36,498 nt of DNA from a virus (IMGVR_UViG_3300017761_002315:1-36498); one strand, 5' to 3'. Counted from the first letter of the stretch, positions 8,717-18,222 are shown. Notes: generated by a model not told the origin, from the letters alone. Numbers and translations: made by a program.

Positions 8717-9862
8717 ATGCCCGCCCCAACCCTTACGGAAGACGAAGCCCGCCGCACCATTGAGGTGATCGAGGAGTGCCTGGCCGAAGGGTTGCCGCTG
8801 ACCGGCGTGGGTGGCGAGCCGTCCGCCCGGCAGGAAGCGGCCCGCCGGTTGGGTATCACCCCGCCGAGCCTGCGGCACCGCATCTCGCAGGCTGACAGCC
8901 TCTACAATCTCCGGCCCGACCCGGAGGCCGCAGTCAAGCGCCGGATGGCGGAGCCGTTTACGTTCGATGCTTTGCCTGACGATGGCGAGCCGAGCGCGGA
9001 AGATTTGATCGCCGCCCTGTCTGTGCGCCACGCCAAGCGCAAGGCGTTCCACGACGCCGCCAAGCTGCGGCAGGTGCGCATCAACCTCGGCGGACCCATC
9101 GCCATCGCCGGGTTCGGAGATCCGCACGTCGACGACAAGGGCTGCGCATGGGGTGACCTGGAGCGCGACGTCCGCATCTGCCGAGATACGCCGGGCATGC
9201 TGGCCGTTGATGTCGGCGACAACTCCAACAACTGGGTCGGCAGGCTGATGCGGCTGTATGCCGATCAGGAGGTGACGCCGAAGCAGTCGCTCCAACTGAT
9301 CGAGTGGCTGATGTGCGCCCTGCCCTGGCTGCACTGGGAAGACGGCAACCACGACGCATGGAACACCGAGAAGGGTGATCCGGTCGCCATTATGCACAAG
9401 ATGCACAAGCGGCTCGGGTCCATGAACGTAGGCGGGACGCGGCTGCAACTGAACCTGCCCGTCGGTGCGTCTGTGTTCATGCACGTCCGCCACGATTTCC
9501 CCGGCGGCTCGCAGTTCAACCCGGCGCACGCCATGGTGCGAGAGACGCTGTTCGGGTTCCGCGATCACATCATGATGTGCGGCCACCGGCACACCACGGG
9601 CTACATCCCCGTCTGGCACAACGATCCGCGCAGGCTGTGCCACGGGTTCCGGCTCGGCACCTACAAGGACATGGACCACTACGCCGCCGAGAAGGGCTTT
9701 CAAGACGGCAACTGGGCTAGGTCTATGGCCGCAATCATCGACCCTGACCACGCCCACGACCCGGTGCGGTTCGTCAAGGCGTTTTTCTCGCTGGAAGAAG
9801 CCGCCGAATATCTGACTTGGCGGCGTCACAAATGGGAGTTGGGCTACTCCTCGCCGGGTTGA
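8717..9862 (+). CDS. Calcineurin-like metallophosphoesterase with N-terminal HTH-like region
   Basis: Motifs GDPHVD, VGDNSNN, GNHD, RHDF, GHRH in canonical order; N-terminal QEAARRLGITPPSLRHRI resembles a helix-turn-helix. Confidence 0.8.
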   Translation: MPAPTLTEDEARRTIEVIEECLAEGLPLTGVGGEPSARQEAARRLGITPPSLRHRISQADSLYNLRPDPEAAVKRRMAEPFTFDALPDDGEPSAEDLIAALSVRHAKRKAFHDAAKLRQVRINLGGPIAIAGFGDPHVDDKGCAWGDLERDVRICRDTPGMLAVDVGDNSNNWVGRLMRLYADQEVTPKQSLQLIEWLMCALPWLHWEDGNHDAWNTEKGDPVAIMHKMHKRLGSMNVGGTRLQLNLPVGASVFMHVRHDFPGGSQFNPAHAMVRETLFGFRDHIMMCGHRHTTGYIPVWHNDPRRLCHGFRLGTYKDMDHYAAEKGFQDGNWARSMAAIIDPDHAHDPVRFVKAFFSLEEAAEYLTWRRHKWELGYSSPG

Positions 9863-9871
9863 CAAGACCTG

Positions 9872-9900
9872 TTGCCAAAAAGCCGCGACGATAGTAGCCT
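9872..9900 (+). promoter_or_regulatory. Putative sigma70-type promoter for the scaffold/coat operon
   Basis: TTGCCA-17 nt-TAGCCT in the gap between the phosphoesterase and scaffold genes; a TTGACA also lies at 9859-9864. Confidence 0.4.
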
Positions 9901-9949
9901 TTGCGACACTCTACCGGCGGGGTTCACCGGGGGTTCTGAGGGACCACGA

Positions 9950-10687
9950 ATGACTGACGAAAGCCCAGCGGGGGTTGAAGCCGCGCCGGAACTGGAGGTC
10001 ACGGCCCCTCCTGTTGCCGAAGTCCAAACGCCGGAAGACGTAACGCCCAAGACCTTCAGCCAGGAAGAACTGGATGCGGTCGTCAGCAAGCGTCTCGCAC
10101 GAGAGCAGCGTAAATGGGAACGTGAGCAGCAGCGCCAGACGCCGCCGCCTGCCCCCCTTCCGCCGGCAGACCAGTTCGAGAGCACCGAGGCATACGCCGA
10201 CGCGCTCGCAGAACAGAAGGCTTTGGCCTTGGTCGAGCAGCGGGAACGGCAGCGACAGCAGGACGCCGTTGCAGACGCCTATTTCGACCGCGAGGAGCAG
10301 GCCCTCGGCAAGTACACCGACTTCAAACAGGTCGCGTACAACCCGTCCCTGCCGATCACTGCCGAGATGGCCGAAACCATCCGCGCCTCCGACCAAGGCC
10401 CCGACGTGCTTTATCACCTCGGGTCCAATCCGGCGGAGGCTGCGAGGATCGCGCGACTGTCGCCGCTCTTGCAGGCCAAGGAGATCGGACGGATCGAAGC
10501 CGCGCTGGCCTCGTCTCCCCCGGTCAAACGCACCACTTCCGCTCCACCGCCTATCTCACCTGTCACGCCTACCAGCAACGGCACTCCCGCCTACGACACC
10601 ACCGACCCCCGCTCTGTCTCTGCCATGAGCACGTCGGAATGGATCGCGCAGGAACGGCTCCGGCAGATGAGAAAAGCGGCCAACTGA
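9950..10687 (+). CDS. Scaffolding protein
   Basis: Acidic/Pro-rich N-terminus, KTFSQEELDAVV.KRLARE coiled coil, GP.VLY.LG.NP motif; immediately before the coat gene; GAGGGA RBS before ATG 9950. Confidence 0.85.
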   Translation: MTDESPAGVEAAPELEVTAPPVAEVQTPEDVTPKTFSQEELDAVVSKRLAREQRKWEREQQRQTPPPAPLPPADQFESTEAYADALAEQKALALVEQRERQRQQDAVADAYFDREEQALGKYTDFKQVAYNPSLPITAEMAETIRASDQGPDVLYHLGSNPAEAARIARLSPLLQAKEIGRIEAALASSPPVKRTTSAPPPISPVTPTSNGTPAYDTTDPRSVSAMSTSEWIAQERLRQMRKAAN

Positions 10688-10712
10688 ACCCCCTCTGCAA
10701 GGAACCACTGCT

Positions 10713-11921
10713 GTGGCCAACTCTCTGCTTACCATCGACATGATCACCAGGAAGGCCCTGGAGATTTTTGAAAACAACCTCGTCCTGACGCGGAACATCA
10801 ACCGCCAGTACGACGACAGCTTCGCCAAGGAAGGTGCCAAGATCGGCTCCACCCTGCGCATCCGCCTGCCCGACCGCGCGCTCGTCACCGACGGTGCCGC
10901 CCTGCAAGTGCAGGACGAGAACGAGCAGTTCACCACGATGTCCGTCTCGAACCAGAAGCACATCGGCGTCAACTTCACGACCGCCGAAATGGCCCTGTCG
11001 CTGGACGACTTCGCTGATCGCATCCTCAAGCCGCGCATCAGCCAGCTCGCCGCCAGCGTCGATGCTGACGTCGCCAACGTCTACAAGGACGTCTACAACG
11101 CCGTCGGCGCTGCCGCCACCACCCCGGCTACCTCCGAGGTTCTGCTGGCTGGCCAGCGCGTCCTCAACGAAGGCGCGGTTCCGATGAACAACCGCTACGC
11201 CACCGTCAACCCCGCCGCAAACGCCGGTCTGGTCGAAGGGCTCAAGGGCTTCTTCAACCCGGGCGACGTCATCAGCCGCCAGTTCAAGAGCGGCATGATG
11301 GGCGAGGGCGTGCTCGGCTACGACGAGATCAACATGTCGCAGTCGATCAAGGTCCACGCCTACGGCACCCGCGCCGCTACCGGCGCTACCGTGACCACCA
11401 CGGTTTCCACCCAGGGTCAGTCGACCATCAACATCACCGGCACCGGCTCGCAGATCATCAACAAGGGCGACACGTTCACGATCGACGCCGTGTTCGCCGT
11501 CAACCCGCAAACCCGCGAGAGCACCGGCCAACTCCAGCGTTTCGTCTGCACGGCCACCAACACGGCCTCGGGCGGCGCTTACACCTCGGTGGCCATCTCG
11601 CCGCCGATCTACACCTCGGAAAACGCGCTGGCCACGGTCAACGCCTTCCCGCAGTCTGGCGCAGCGATCATCTTCAACGGTGTCGCCTCGACCTCGGCCC
11701 CGCAGAACCTGATCTACCACAAGGACGCTTTCTCGTTCGCCACCGCCGACCTCCTGCTCCCGCAGGGCGTCGACATGGCCTCGCGTCAGGTCCACAACGG
11801 CATCTCGATGCGCATCGTTCGTGATTACGACATCAACAACGACCGCATGCCCTGCCGTATCGACGTCCTGTACGGCTACGCCGCCATCCGCCCCGCCGCT
11901 GCCACCCGGCTGCTCGGCTAA
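10713..11921 (+). CDS. Major capsid protein, P22 coat (gp5)-like
   Basis: ANSLLT...KIG.TLRIRLP...FA.A..DL..P...RIDVLYG pattern; strongest codon bias in the window; AAGGAA RBS. Confidence 0.92.
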   Translation: MANSLLTIDMITRKALEIFENNLVLTRNINRQYDDSFAKEGAKIGSTLRIRLPDRALVTDGAALQVQDENEQFTTMSVSNQKHIGVNFTTAEMALSLDDFADRILKPRISQLAASVDADVANVYKDVYNAVGAAATTPATSEVLLAGQRVLNEGAVPMNNRYATVNPAANAGLVEGLKGFFNPGDVISRQFKSGMMGEGVLGYDEINMSQSIKVHAYGTRAATGATVTTTVSTQGQSTINITGTGSQIINKGDTFTIDAVFAVNPQTRESTGQLQRFVCTATNTASGGAYTSVAISPPIYTSENALATVNAFPQSGAAIIFNGVASTSAPQNLIYHKDAFSFATADLLLPQGVDMASRQVHNGISMRIVRDYDINNDRMPCRIDVLYGYAAIRPAAATRLLG

Positions 11922-11945
11922 CCCCCTCCCGAAGGAGAGACAACT

Positions 11946-12356
11946 ATGACTATCTCGAACATCGGCGGCGGCTCTCAGATCGGCGACGGCAACCTCAATG
12001 AGGTTGTTCTCGCTGCCGTCCCCGCCCCGGTCACTGCCACCGCCTCCGCCACTCTGACGGTGGCGCAACTGACCAACGGCATCCTCCTCGGCAGCCCCGG
12101 CACCTCCGCTGCGGCCTACACCCTGCCGACCTGCGCCACCCTCGACGCAGCTCTCGGCAACGCCAAGGTCGGCTCGTCGTTCGACTTCGCAGTCATCAAC
12201 GTCGATGGCTCAAGCTCGGGCGTTATCACCATGACGACCAACACCGGCTGGACCCTCGTCGGTCTCATGACCATCGTGGCCACCGCCGGCACCGCCCAAG
12301 CCTTCCGTGCCCGCAAGACCGGCGACGCAACCTGGTCCCTGTACCGCGTCGCCTAA
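11946..12356 (+). CDS. Putative capsid decoration/minor structural protein
   Basis: Strong RBS (GAAGGAGA), coat-like codon bias, T/A/G-rich beta protein right after the coat gene. Confidence 0.55.
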   Translation: MTISNIGGGSQIGDGNLNEVVLAAVPAPVTATASATLTVAQLTNGILLGSPGTSAAAYTLPTCATLDAALGNAKVGSSFDFAVINVDGSSSGVITMTTNTGWTLVGLMTIVATAGTAQAFRARKTGDATWSLYRVA

Positions 12357-12364
12357 CGCCTACC

Positions 12365-12390
12365 CCGCCCCGCCTTAACCGGCGGGGCGG
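12365..12390 (+). terminator. GC-rich hairpin after the capsid genes (weak terminator or mRNA stabiliser)
   Basis: ccgccccgcc-ttaacc-ggcggggcgg perfect 10-bp stem; no U-tract. Confidence 0.5.
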
Positions 12391-12420
12391 TCCTACCTCC
12401 GCCCGCAGCAGGACAAGAGC

Positions 12421-13131
12421 ATGACGACCGCAGGAGACATCATCTACGGCGCGCTCCGGCTGATCGGGCAACTGGCCGAGGGCGAAGTTCCGTCCGCCGA
12501 CACGGCGCAGGACGCGCTGGCCGCCATGAACATGATGATCGACAGCTGGAGCACCGAACGGCTCGCTGTCTTTTGCACCCAAGACCAGACCTTCACATGG
12601 CCCGCAGGGCAGTCTACGCGCACGATCGGCCCGACCGGCAACTTTGTCGGCCTGCGGCCCGTGCGGCTTGACGACGCCACCTACTACGTCGACCCGCAAG
12701 GCTTGGCGTTCATGCCCGCCATCATCAACGAGGCGGAGTACAACGCCATCGTCTTGAAGACGGTGACGAGCACCTACCCGCAGGTCATTTACCCCGAGGC
12801 CACCAACCCCAACGCGACATTCCGGGTCTACCCGGTGCCGACGGAGGCGCTGGTATGGCACATCATCTCGGTGCAGGAGCTGGCGCAGCCCGCGACGCTC
12901 GGCACCGAACTGGTTTTCCCGCCGGGCTATCTGCGCGCCTTCCGCTACAACCTTGCCTGCGAACTGGCCCCGGAGTTCGGCGTCGAGCCGTCGCCGCAGG
13001 TGACCCGCATCGCCATGGTGTCCAAACGGAACCTCAAGCGGATCAACAACCCGGGCGACCTGATGGCCATGCCGTCCGGCATCATGGGCTCGCCAGGGCG
13101 GTACAACATCTACACCAACCAGCCGAACTGA
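12421..13131 (+). CDS. Head-to-tail adaptor, P22 gp4-like
   Basis: T..DII..AL..IG.L..GE...D...DAL..MN.M..SW and A..YNLA.ELAPEFG motifs; position after the capsid genes. Confidence 0.75.
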   Translation: MTTAGDIIYGALRLIGQLAEGEVPSADTAQDALAAMNMMIDSWSTERLAVFCTQDQTFTWPAGQSTRTIGPTGNFVGLRPVRLDDATYYVDPQGLAFMPAIINEAEYNAIVLKTVTSTYPQVIYPEATNPNATFRVYPVPTEALVWHIISVQELAQPATLGTELVFPPGYLRAFRYNLACELAPEFGVEPSPQVTRIAMVSKRNLKRINNPGDLMAMPSGIMGSPGRYNIYTNQPN

Positions 13132-13132
13132 C

Positions 13133-14650
13133 ATGAAGACGCCCATCCTCGGCAGCAGCTATGTCATCCGCAGCCCCAACGCTGCGGACAGCCGCATGGT
13201 CAACCTCTACCCGGAGGTCATCGCCGAGGGCGGGCTGGAGGCCGCGTATCTGCAACGCTGCCCGGGCCTGCGGTTCATCTCGACCGTCGGCACCGGCCCG
13301 ATCTGGGGCGAGTGGACGCACAACAACACCGGCTACGTCGTGTCGGGCACGCAGTTCTACTCGGTCACGTCCGCCGGCGTCCCGACGTTGATCGGCACGA
13401 TCGACACGGCAGGCCCCGTCTCGATGGCGGACAACGGCACGCAGTTGTTCATCGCCGCTGACCCGAAGGGCTACATCTACAACTTCGACACCGGCGTCCT
13501 CGCCGAGATCACCGACGAGGACTTCCCCGGCGCGAGCACCGTTGGCTATCTGGACGGCTACTTCGTCTTCTCGGAGCCCAACTCGCAGCGGATCTGGGTG
13601 ACGACCCTGTTCGACGGCACGTCCGTGGATCCGCTCGACTTCGCCAGAGCCGAGGGTGCGCCGGACAACGTCGTCGGCCTGATCGTCAACCACCGCGAGG
13701 TGTGGGTGTTCGGCACCAACTCGACCGAGGTCTGGTATAACTCCGGCGACGCCGACTTCCCTCTGACGCGCATCCAAGGGGCTTACAACGAGGTCGGCTG
13801 CGTTGCCCCCAACTCCATCTCCAAGCTGGACAACAGCATCGTCTGGCTCGGACAGGACGCCCGGGGGCAGGGCATCATCTACAAGGCGAACGGCTATCAG
13901 GCGCAGCGCATCTCGACCCATGCCGTCGAGTTCGCCGTGCAGGGCTACACCGACATCTCCGACGCCGTGTCCTACTCCTACCAGCAGGACGGACACGAGT
14001 TCTACGTCATCAACTTCCCTGAGGCCGACACGACCTGGTGCTTCGACGCAGCGACCTCGGCGTGGCACGAGCGGCGCGGGCTGTTCAACGGCCAGTTCAC
14101 CCGGCACCGCGGCAACAGCTTCGCCAACCTGAACGGCGCGCTGATTGTCGGCGACTACGAGAACGGCAACCTCTACGCCTTCGATCTGGACGTCTACGCC
14201 GACAACGGCCAGACGCAGAAGTGGCTGCGTCGGTGGCGGGCGCTGCCGACCGGAGCCAACGACTTCAAGCGGACGGCGCAGCACTCGCTGCAACTGATCT
14301 GCGAGACGGGCGTAGGTATCGCGGGCCGCACCGAGGATGAGATACTGCTGGCCGAGGACGGCAGCGCCGTGCTGGTCGAGGACGGCACGCCCGTCATGGT
14401 CGGGTACGAAATCGACGACGCCACCACGCCGCAGGTCATGCTGCGCTGGTCCGACGACGGCGGGCACACATGGTCCAAGGAGCACTGGCGGTCGATGGGG
14501 GCGATCGGCCAGTCCTCGACGCGCGTCATCTGGCGCAGGCTCGGCATGACCGACAAGCTGCGCGACCGGGTCTACGAGGTGTCCGGCACCGCGCCGGTCA
14601 AGGTCGCCATCATGGGCGCGGAACTGATCGTGAGCGGCACCAGTGGCTGA
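13133..14650 (+). CDS. Tail hub / DNA stabilisation protein, P22 gp10-like
   Basis: 505-aa beta-propeller-like sequence with SDDGG.TW and WRRLG motifs; follows the gp4-like gene. Confidence 0.8.
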   Translation: MKTPILGSSYVIRSPNAADSRMVNLYPEVIAEGGLEAAYLQRCPGLRFISTVGTGPIWGEWTHNNTGYVVSGTQFYSVTSAGVPTLIGTIDTAGPVSMADNGTQLFIAADPKGYIYNFDTGVLAEITDEDFPGASTVGYLDGYFVFSEPNSQRIWVTTLFDGTSVDPLDFARAEGAPDNVVGLIVNHREVWVFGTNSTEVWYNSGDADFPLTRIQGAYNEVGCVAPNSISKLDNSIVWLGQDARGQGIIYKANGYQAQRISTHAVEFAVQGYTDISDAVSYSYQQDGHEFYVINFPEADTTWCFDAATSAWHERRGLFNGQFTRHRGNSFANLNGALIVGDYENGNLYAFDLDVYADNGQTQKWLRRWRALPTGANDFKRTAQHSLQLICETGVGIAGRTEDEILLAEDGSAVLVEDGTPVMVGYEIDDATTPQVMLRWSDDGGHTWSKEHWRSMGAIGQSSTRVIWRRLGMTDKLRDRVYEVSGTAPVKVAIMGAELIVSGTSG

Positions 14651-15326
14651 CATCACCTCCATCCCCGCTGCCCGCGTCCCGGTGCTGGAGCCGGGCACCA
14701 ACATCATGTCAAGGGAGTGGTATCGCTTCCTGTTCAACCAGTTCGGGCAGACCGGCGGCGGCACCACGGGCCTCGCCCTGAGCGACCTGGAGCTTGCGCC
14801 GCTTGGCGAGGCCAACGCCGCGGGGCTGGTCGACGAGGTCGAGGGGCTGCTGTCGCTACCGCCCAACCCTATCGCCGCGCGCAAAGCGGGGTCGTTCGCG
14901 TCAACTGCCACGCAGAACGTCTCGGCCATCAACACGGCTACAGCCGTGACGTTCAACACTACCCTCGTCTCGGTAGGTGTCGGGCTGTCATCTTCGTCGC
15001 GGGTGACCCTTGGCGTCGCAGGCGCGTACTTGGTGGCGTTTGACGCGCAGTTCGACAAGACGACTGGCGGCGACGCTACCGGCTACATCTGGCTGCGCAA
15101 GAACGGCGCGGATCTGGCCAACACGGCGAAGCGGTGGCGGGTCCAAGGCAACGACGCGGAGCTTGGGGTGTCGCTGGTGACGACGATCCTGCTGGCGCAG
15201 ACAGACTACATCGAGGTGATGTGGGCATCGCCCGACATCAATGTTACGCTGGACGCCACTCCGTCTACCGCCTTTTCCCCCGCCGGGCCGTCGGCGCTCC
15301 TGAGCATCACGCAGGTTGACCCATGA
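14643..15326 (+). CDS. Putative tail structural protein
   Basis: N-terminal P.RVP...MSREWYRF motif in the slot after the gp10-like gene; C-terminal beta-sandwich-like sequence. Confidence 0.55.
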   Translation: MADITSIPAARVPVLEPGTNIMSREWYRFLFNQFGQTGGGTTGLALSDLELAPLGEANAAGLVDEVEGLLSLPPNPIAARKAGSFASTATQNVSAINTATAVTFNTTLVSVGVGLSSSSRVTLGVAGAYLVAFDAQFDKTTGGDATGYIWLRKNGADLANTAKRWRVQGNDAELGVSLVTTILLAQTDYIEVMWASPDINVTLDATPSTAFSPAGPSALLSITQVDP

Positions 15327-16117
15327 CCGTATTCCTCTCGCCTCTCGCTGGCGCTGGCCAGCAGTTCCTTGACAACTCCGGCAACCCCCTGACCGGCGGG
15401 CTGCTCTACACCTACGCCGCAGGCACGACGACGCCGGAGACGGTGTACACGACCATCAACGGCGTGACGGCGCACACCAACCCGATCGTCCTTGACGCGG
15501 CTGGGCGGCTGGAGAGCGAGGTGTGGCTGACCGGAGAGGTCGCCTACAAGTTTGTCTTGCGCACCAGCGCAGGCGCGCTGATCGGCACCTACGACGACAT
15601 CTACGGCATCAACGACGTGAGCGCGACGGGCGTCCCGTGGGCCGAGGTGACCGGCACGCCGACGACCCTGGCGGGTTACGGCATCACCAACGCCATCACC
15701 GCTGCGACTGCTGCCGCGACCTACGCCCCGATTGCCAGCCCGTCGTTCACAGGCACCACGACCATTGAGGACAGCGCAGGCGCGGACTACACGGCGGGCT
15801 ATCTCGACGTGCCGCAGAACCTCAAGACGGCCAACTACCAACTGGTGCTGGCCGACCGCGGCAAGTCCGTCGTCATGAACGGCACCACCCTGACCCTGAC
15901 AATCCCCGCCAACAGCGTCGCGGCGTTCCCGATCGGCACTGCCATCGTCGTCATCAACGTGAACGCCACCTCGCTGTCGGTGGCCATCACGACGGACACC
16001 CTGACGCTGGTCAACTCGACGACGACCGGCACCCGCACGCTGGCCCGCAACGCCATGGCCACGCTGATCAAGGTCGGCGCAACGTCGTGGATCATCGCAG
16101 GGCTGGGTGTGACCTGA
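15323..16117 (+). CDS. Tail fibre/spike-related protein
   Basis: N-terminal QFLD..G.PL.GG.LYTY.AGT..NPI.LD..GR virion-attachment-type domain; PTTLAGYGIT repeat typical of tail fibres. Confidence 0.65.
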   Translation: MTVFLSPLAGAGQQFLDNSGNPLTGGLLYTYAAGTTTPETVYTTINGVTAHTNPIVLDAAGRLESEVWLTGEVAYKFVLRTSAGALIGTYDDIYGINDVSATGVPWAEVTGTPTTLAGYGITNAITAATAAATYAPIASPSFTGTTTIEDSAGADYTAGYLDVPQNLKTANYQLVLADRGKSVVMNGTTLTLTIPANSVAAFPIGTAIVVINVNATSLSVAITTDTLTLVNSTTTGTRTLARNAMATLIKVGATSWIIAGLGVT

Positions 16118-16728
16118 TGAGCGGCGTCATGGCAGCCTTGGCCGGGTTGAGCGCGCAGGGCGCGCCCGGCTTCGTCACTTTCGACTTCTCGACCGGGTCC
16201 GGCACGGTCACCATCCCCGCAACGCCGTCCAGCGTCGTCATCGAGGCGTGGGGCGGCGGCGGCGGCGGCGGGTTTGGCATCGAGAGCACAGGTGACGGCG
16301 GCGGCGGCGGCGCGGGCGGCTACGCCAAGGTTACGATCGCCCTGACCGGGGCGGACACCGGCAAGACCGTCCTCTACTCCGTCGGCGTGGGCGGCACCGG
16401 ATCCAACAACGGCGACCCGGGCAACACCGGCACCGTCTCGGTCGTATCCAGCGGCACCTTCACGATGACCGCGTTGCAGGCGCAGCCAGGGGCGGGCGGC
16501 TCCTCCGACGGCAACACCACGCAAGGCGCGGGTGGCACGGCTTCGGGCGGCAGCACCAACACGACCGGCGCGGGCGGCGCACTGTTCACCCGCGACGGCG
16601 CGGCGGCTACCGCAGGCGACGGCAGCTTGGTAGGTGGCGCGGGCGGCAACGGCGGCGTCCCTAATCTCTTTGGCGACACGGGCGACAGCGGGCTGCCGGG
16701 CCGCGTCCGTTTCGTCTTCACTGTGTAG
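16117..16728 (+). CDS. Second glycine-rich adhesin-like protein
   Basis: TGATG overlap at 16115-16119; SG.VTIP...V.IEAWGGGGGGG and C-terminal G.PG.V.F pattern as in 3656-4501. Confidence 0.6.
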   Translation: MSGVMAALAGLSAQGAPGFVTFDFSTGSGTVTIPATPSSVVIEAWGGGGGGGFGIESTGDGGGGGAGGYAKVTIALTGADTGKTVLYSVGVGGTGSNNGDPGNTGTVSVVSSGTFTMTALQAQPGAGGSSDGNTTQGAGGTASGGSTNTTGAGGALFTRDGAAATAGDGSLVGGAGGNGGVPNLFGDTGDSGLPGRVRFVFTV

Positions 16729-16737
16729 GAGGGCCGC

Positions 16738-17073
16738 ATGGCCGTTTACGTCCGCGTCCTCATCCCCGCCAAGACGGCGGAGAACACACAGACGACGCAA
16801 TACACTTCGACGGCGGTCACCACGATCGTCGACAAGTTCACGGCCACCAACTACAGCGCCTCGGCAGCGACGCTGTCGGTCAACATCGTGACCGCGCTGG
16901 ACAACGCGGGCAACGCCAACCTGATCGTCAAGACGGTGTCGATCCAGCCCGGGCAGACCTACCTGTTCCCCGAGGTCGTCGGGCAGGTTCTGGTGCCGGG
17001 CGGCTTCATCTCGACGATCGCCAGCGCCTCCAGCGCCATCAACATCCGCGCCAGCGGGAGGACCATCTCGTGA
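16738..17073 (+). CDS. Small virion structural protein (hypothetical)
   Basis: GGAGGG RBS, T/A/V-rich beta protein within the tail operon. Confidence 0.55.
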   Translation: MAVYVRVLIPAKTAENTQTTQYTSTAVTTIVDKFTATNYSASAATLSVNIVTALDNAGNANLIVKTVSIQPGQTYLFPEVVGQVLVPGGFISTIASASSAINIRASGRTIS

Positions 17074-17507
17074 TCGAAGCACTGGAAAACCATTTCGAAC
17101 AGTCGCTGGACCTGCCCCGGTCTGCGTCTGACTGGCTGCTGGACCTGTGGCAGGTCATCCAGTTGTTCGACGACGTGCACGACGGGGATCCCGTCGGACC
17201 GGTAATGCCCGCGCTGTGGGCCGCGCTGGTGTCGATGCCGGGCAACGCCTTCTATCAGGCCAACGCCACCGCCTTGCAGGCTGCGGTCGCCACCGCCATC
17301 CTGAAATGGCACGCGGCCAACGAGGCCGAGGACGCCGGCGAGGCCGACGAGCGGTCGTTCGTGTGGCGCGCGGCCTACTACGACGTGGTGCTGCTGGTCG
17401 TCCTGCTGTGCCACGGACAGGCCGAGGCGCTGCGACTGGCACCATTCGTAATGCTGCTGTATGGTGAACCGTTCGCCGACTACCGGGAGGAGTTTTCCCA
17501 TGCCTGA
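17070..17507 (+). CDS. Helical protein with DDxxD motif (isoprenoid-synthase/prenyltransferase-like)
   Basis: QLFDDVHDGD motif in a predicted all-alpha protein; coupled to both neighbours. Function inferred only. Confidence 0.5.
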   Translation: MIEALENHFEQSLDLPRSASDWLLDLWQVIQLFDDVHDGDPVGPVMPALWAALVSMPGNAFYQANATALQAAVATAILKWHAANEAEDAGEADERSFVWRAAYYDVVLLVVLLCHGQAEALRLAPFVMLLYGEPFADYREEFSHA

Positions 17508-18222
17508 TCCCATTACGGGTACTATCGCTGCGGTAAGCGGCGGCAGCTCGATCATCGGCGGGGCCATGAAGGGCCGCGCCGCCAAGCGGGCAGCCAACGC
17601 GCAGGTGGCTGCTGCTGCGGAGGCGACACGTCTCCAGCGGGAGATGTACGACCAGCAGCGGGCGATGCAGGCCCCGTACCAGCAGGCGGGCATCACCGGG
17701 CAGAACCGCTTTATGGAACTGCTCGGGCTGGGCGACAACACCGGGGCCAGCGACTTCGGTCGCTACGGGCGCGACTTCGCCATGTCGGACTACGAGGCCG
17801 ACCCTGGCTACGCCTTCCGGCTGGCCGAGGGCAACAAGGCGCTGGAGCGATCGGCAGCCGCGCGCGGCATGGTCCTGTCGGGGCAGATGTTCAAAGGTCT
17901 GCAACGCTATGGGCAGGACATGGCGTCACAGGAATATCAGAACGCCTTCAACCGCTACCAGACCAACCGCACGAACCAACTCAACCCGCTTCAAGGCTTG
18001 ATGGCGTCGGGCCAAGGCGCCGCAAACGTGATGACCGGGGCCGCAGGGCAGCTCGGCACGCAGATCGGTGAGAACGCCATGGGGGCGGGCAACGCGCGCG
18101 CCTCCGGCTACGTCGGCTCGGCCAACGCCTACGCTGATGCAGTCGCTGGCGTGAGCAATGCCTTCGGCGGCTTCATGGGCCAACGTACGCCGGGTCTGAC
18201 GCCGAAAGTTGGGGGTGGCTGA
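17500..18222 (+). CDS. DNA ejection / internal virion protein (P22 gp7-like position)
   Basis: GGAGGAG RBS; A/G/Q-rich; DPGY.FRL.EG..AL..SAAARG motif typical of DNA-transfer proteins. Confidence 0.7.
   Translation: MPDPITGTIAAVSGGSSIIGGAMKGRAAKRAANAQVAAAAEATRLQREMYDQQRAMQAPYQQAGITGQNRFMELLGLGDNTGASDFGRYGRDFAMSDYEADPGYAFRLAEGNKALERSAAARGMVLSGQMFKGLQRYGQDMASQEYQNAFNRYQTNRTNQLNPLQGLMASGQGAANVMTGAAGQLGTQIGENAMGAGNARASGYVGSANAYADAVAGVSNAFGGFMGQRTPGLTPKVGGG

Noticed and set aside
9872-9949. Upstream extensions given in the ORF track (e.g. starts 9872, 4489, 8372, 16087, 17461, 24163, 28015, 29098)
   Set aside because: Downstream ATGs with RBSs or stop/start overlaps (9950, 4501, 8411, 16117, 17500, 24265, 28072, 29185) are better supported.
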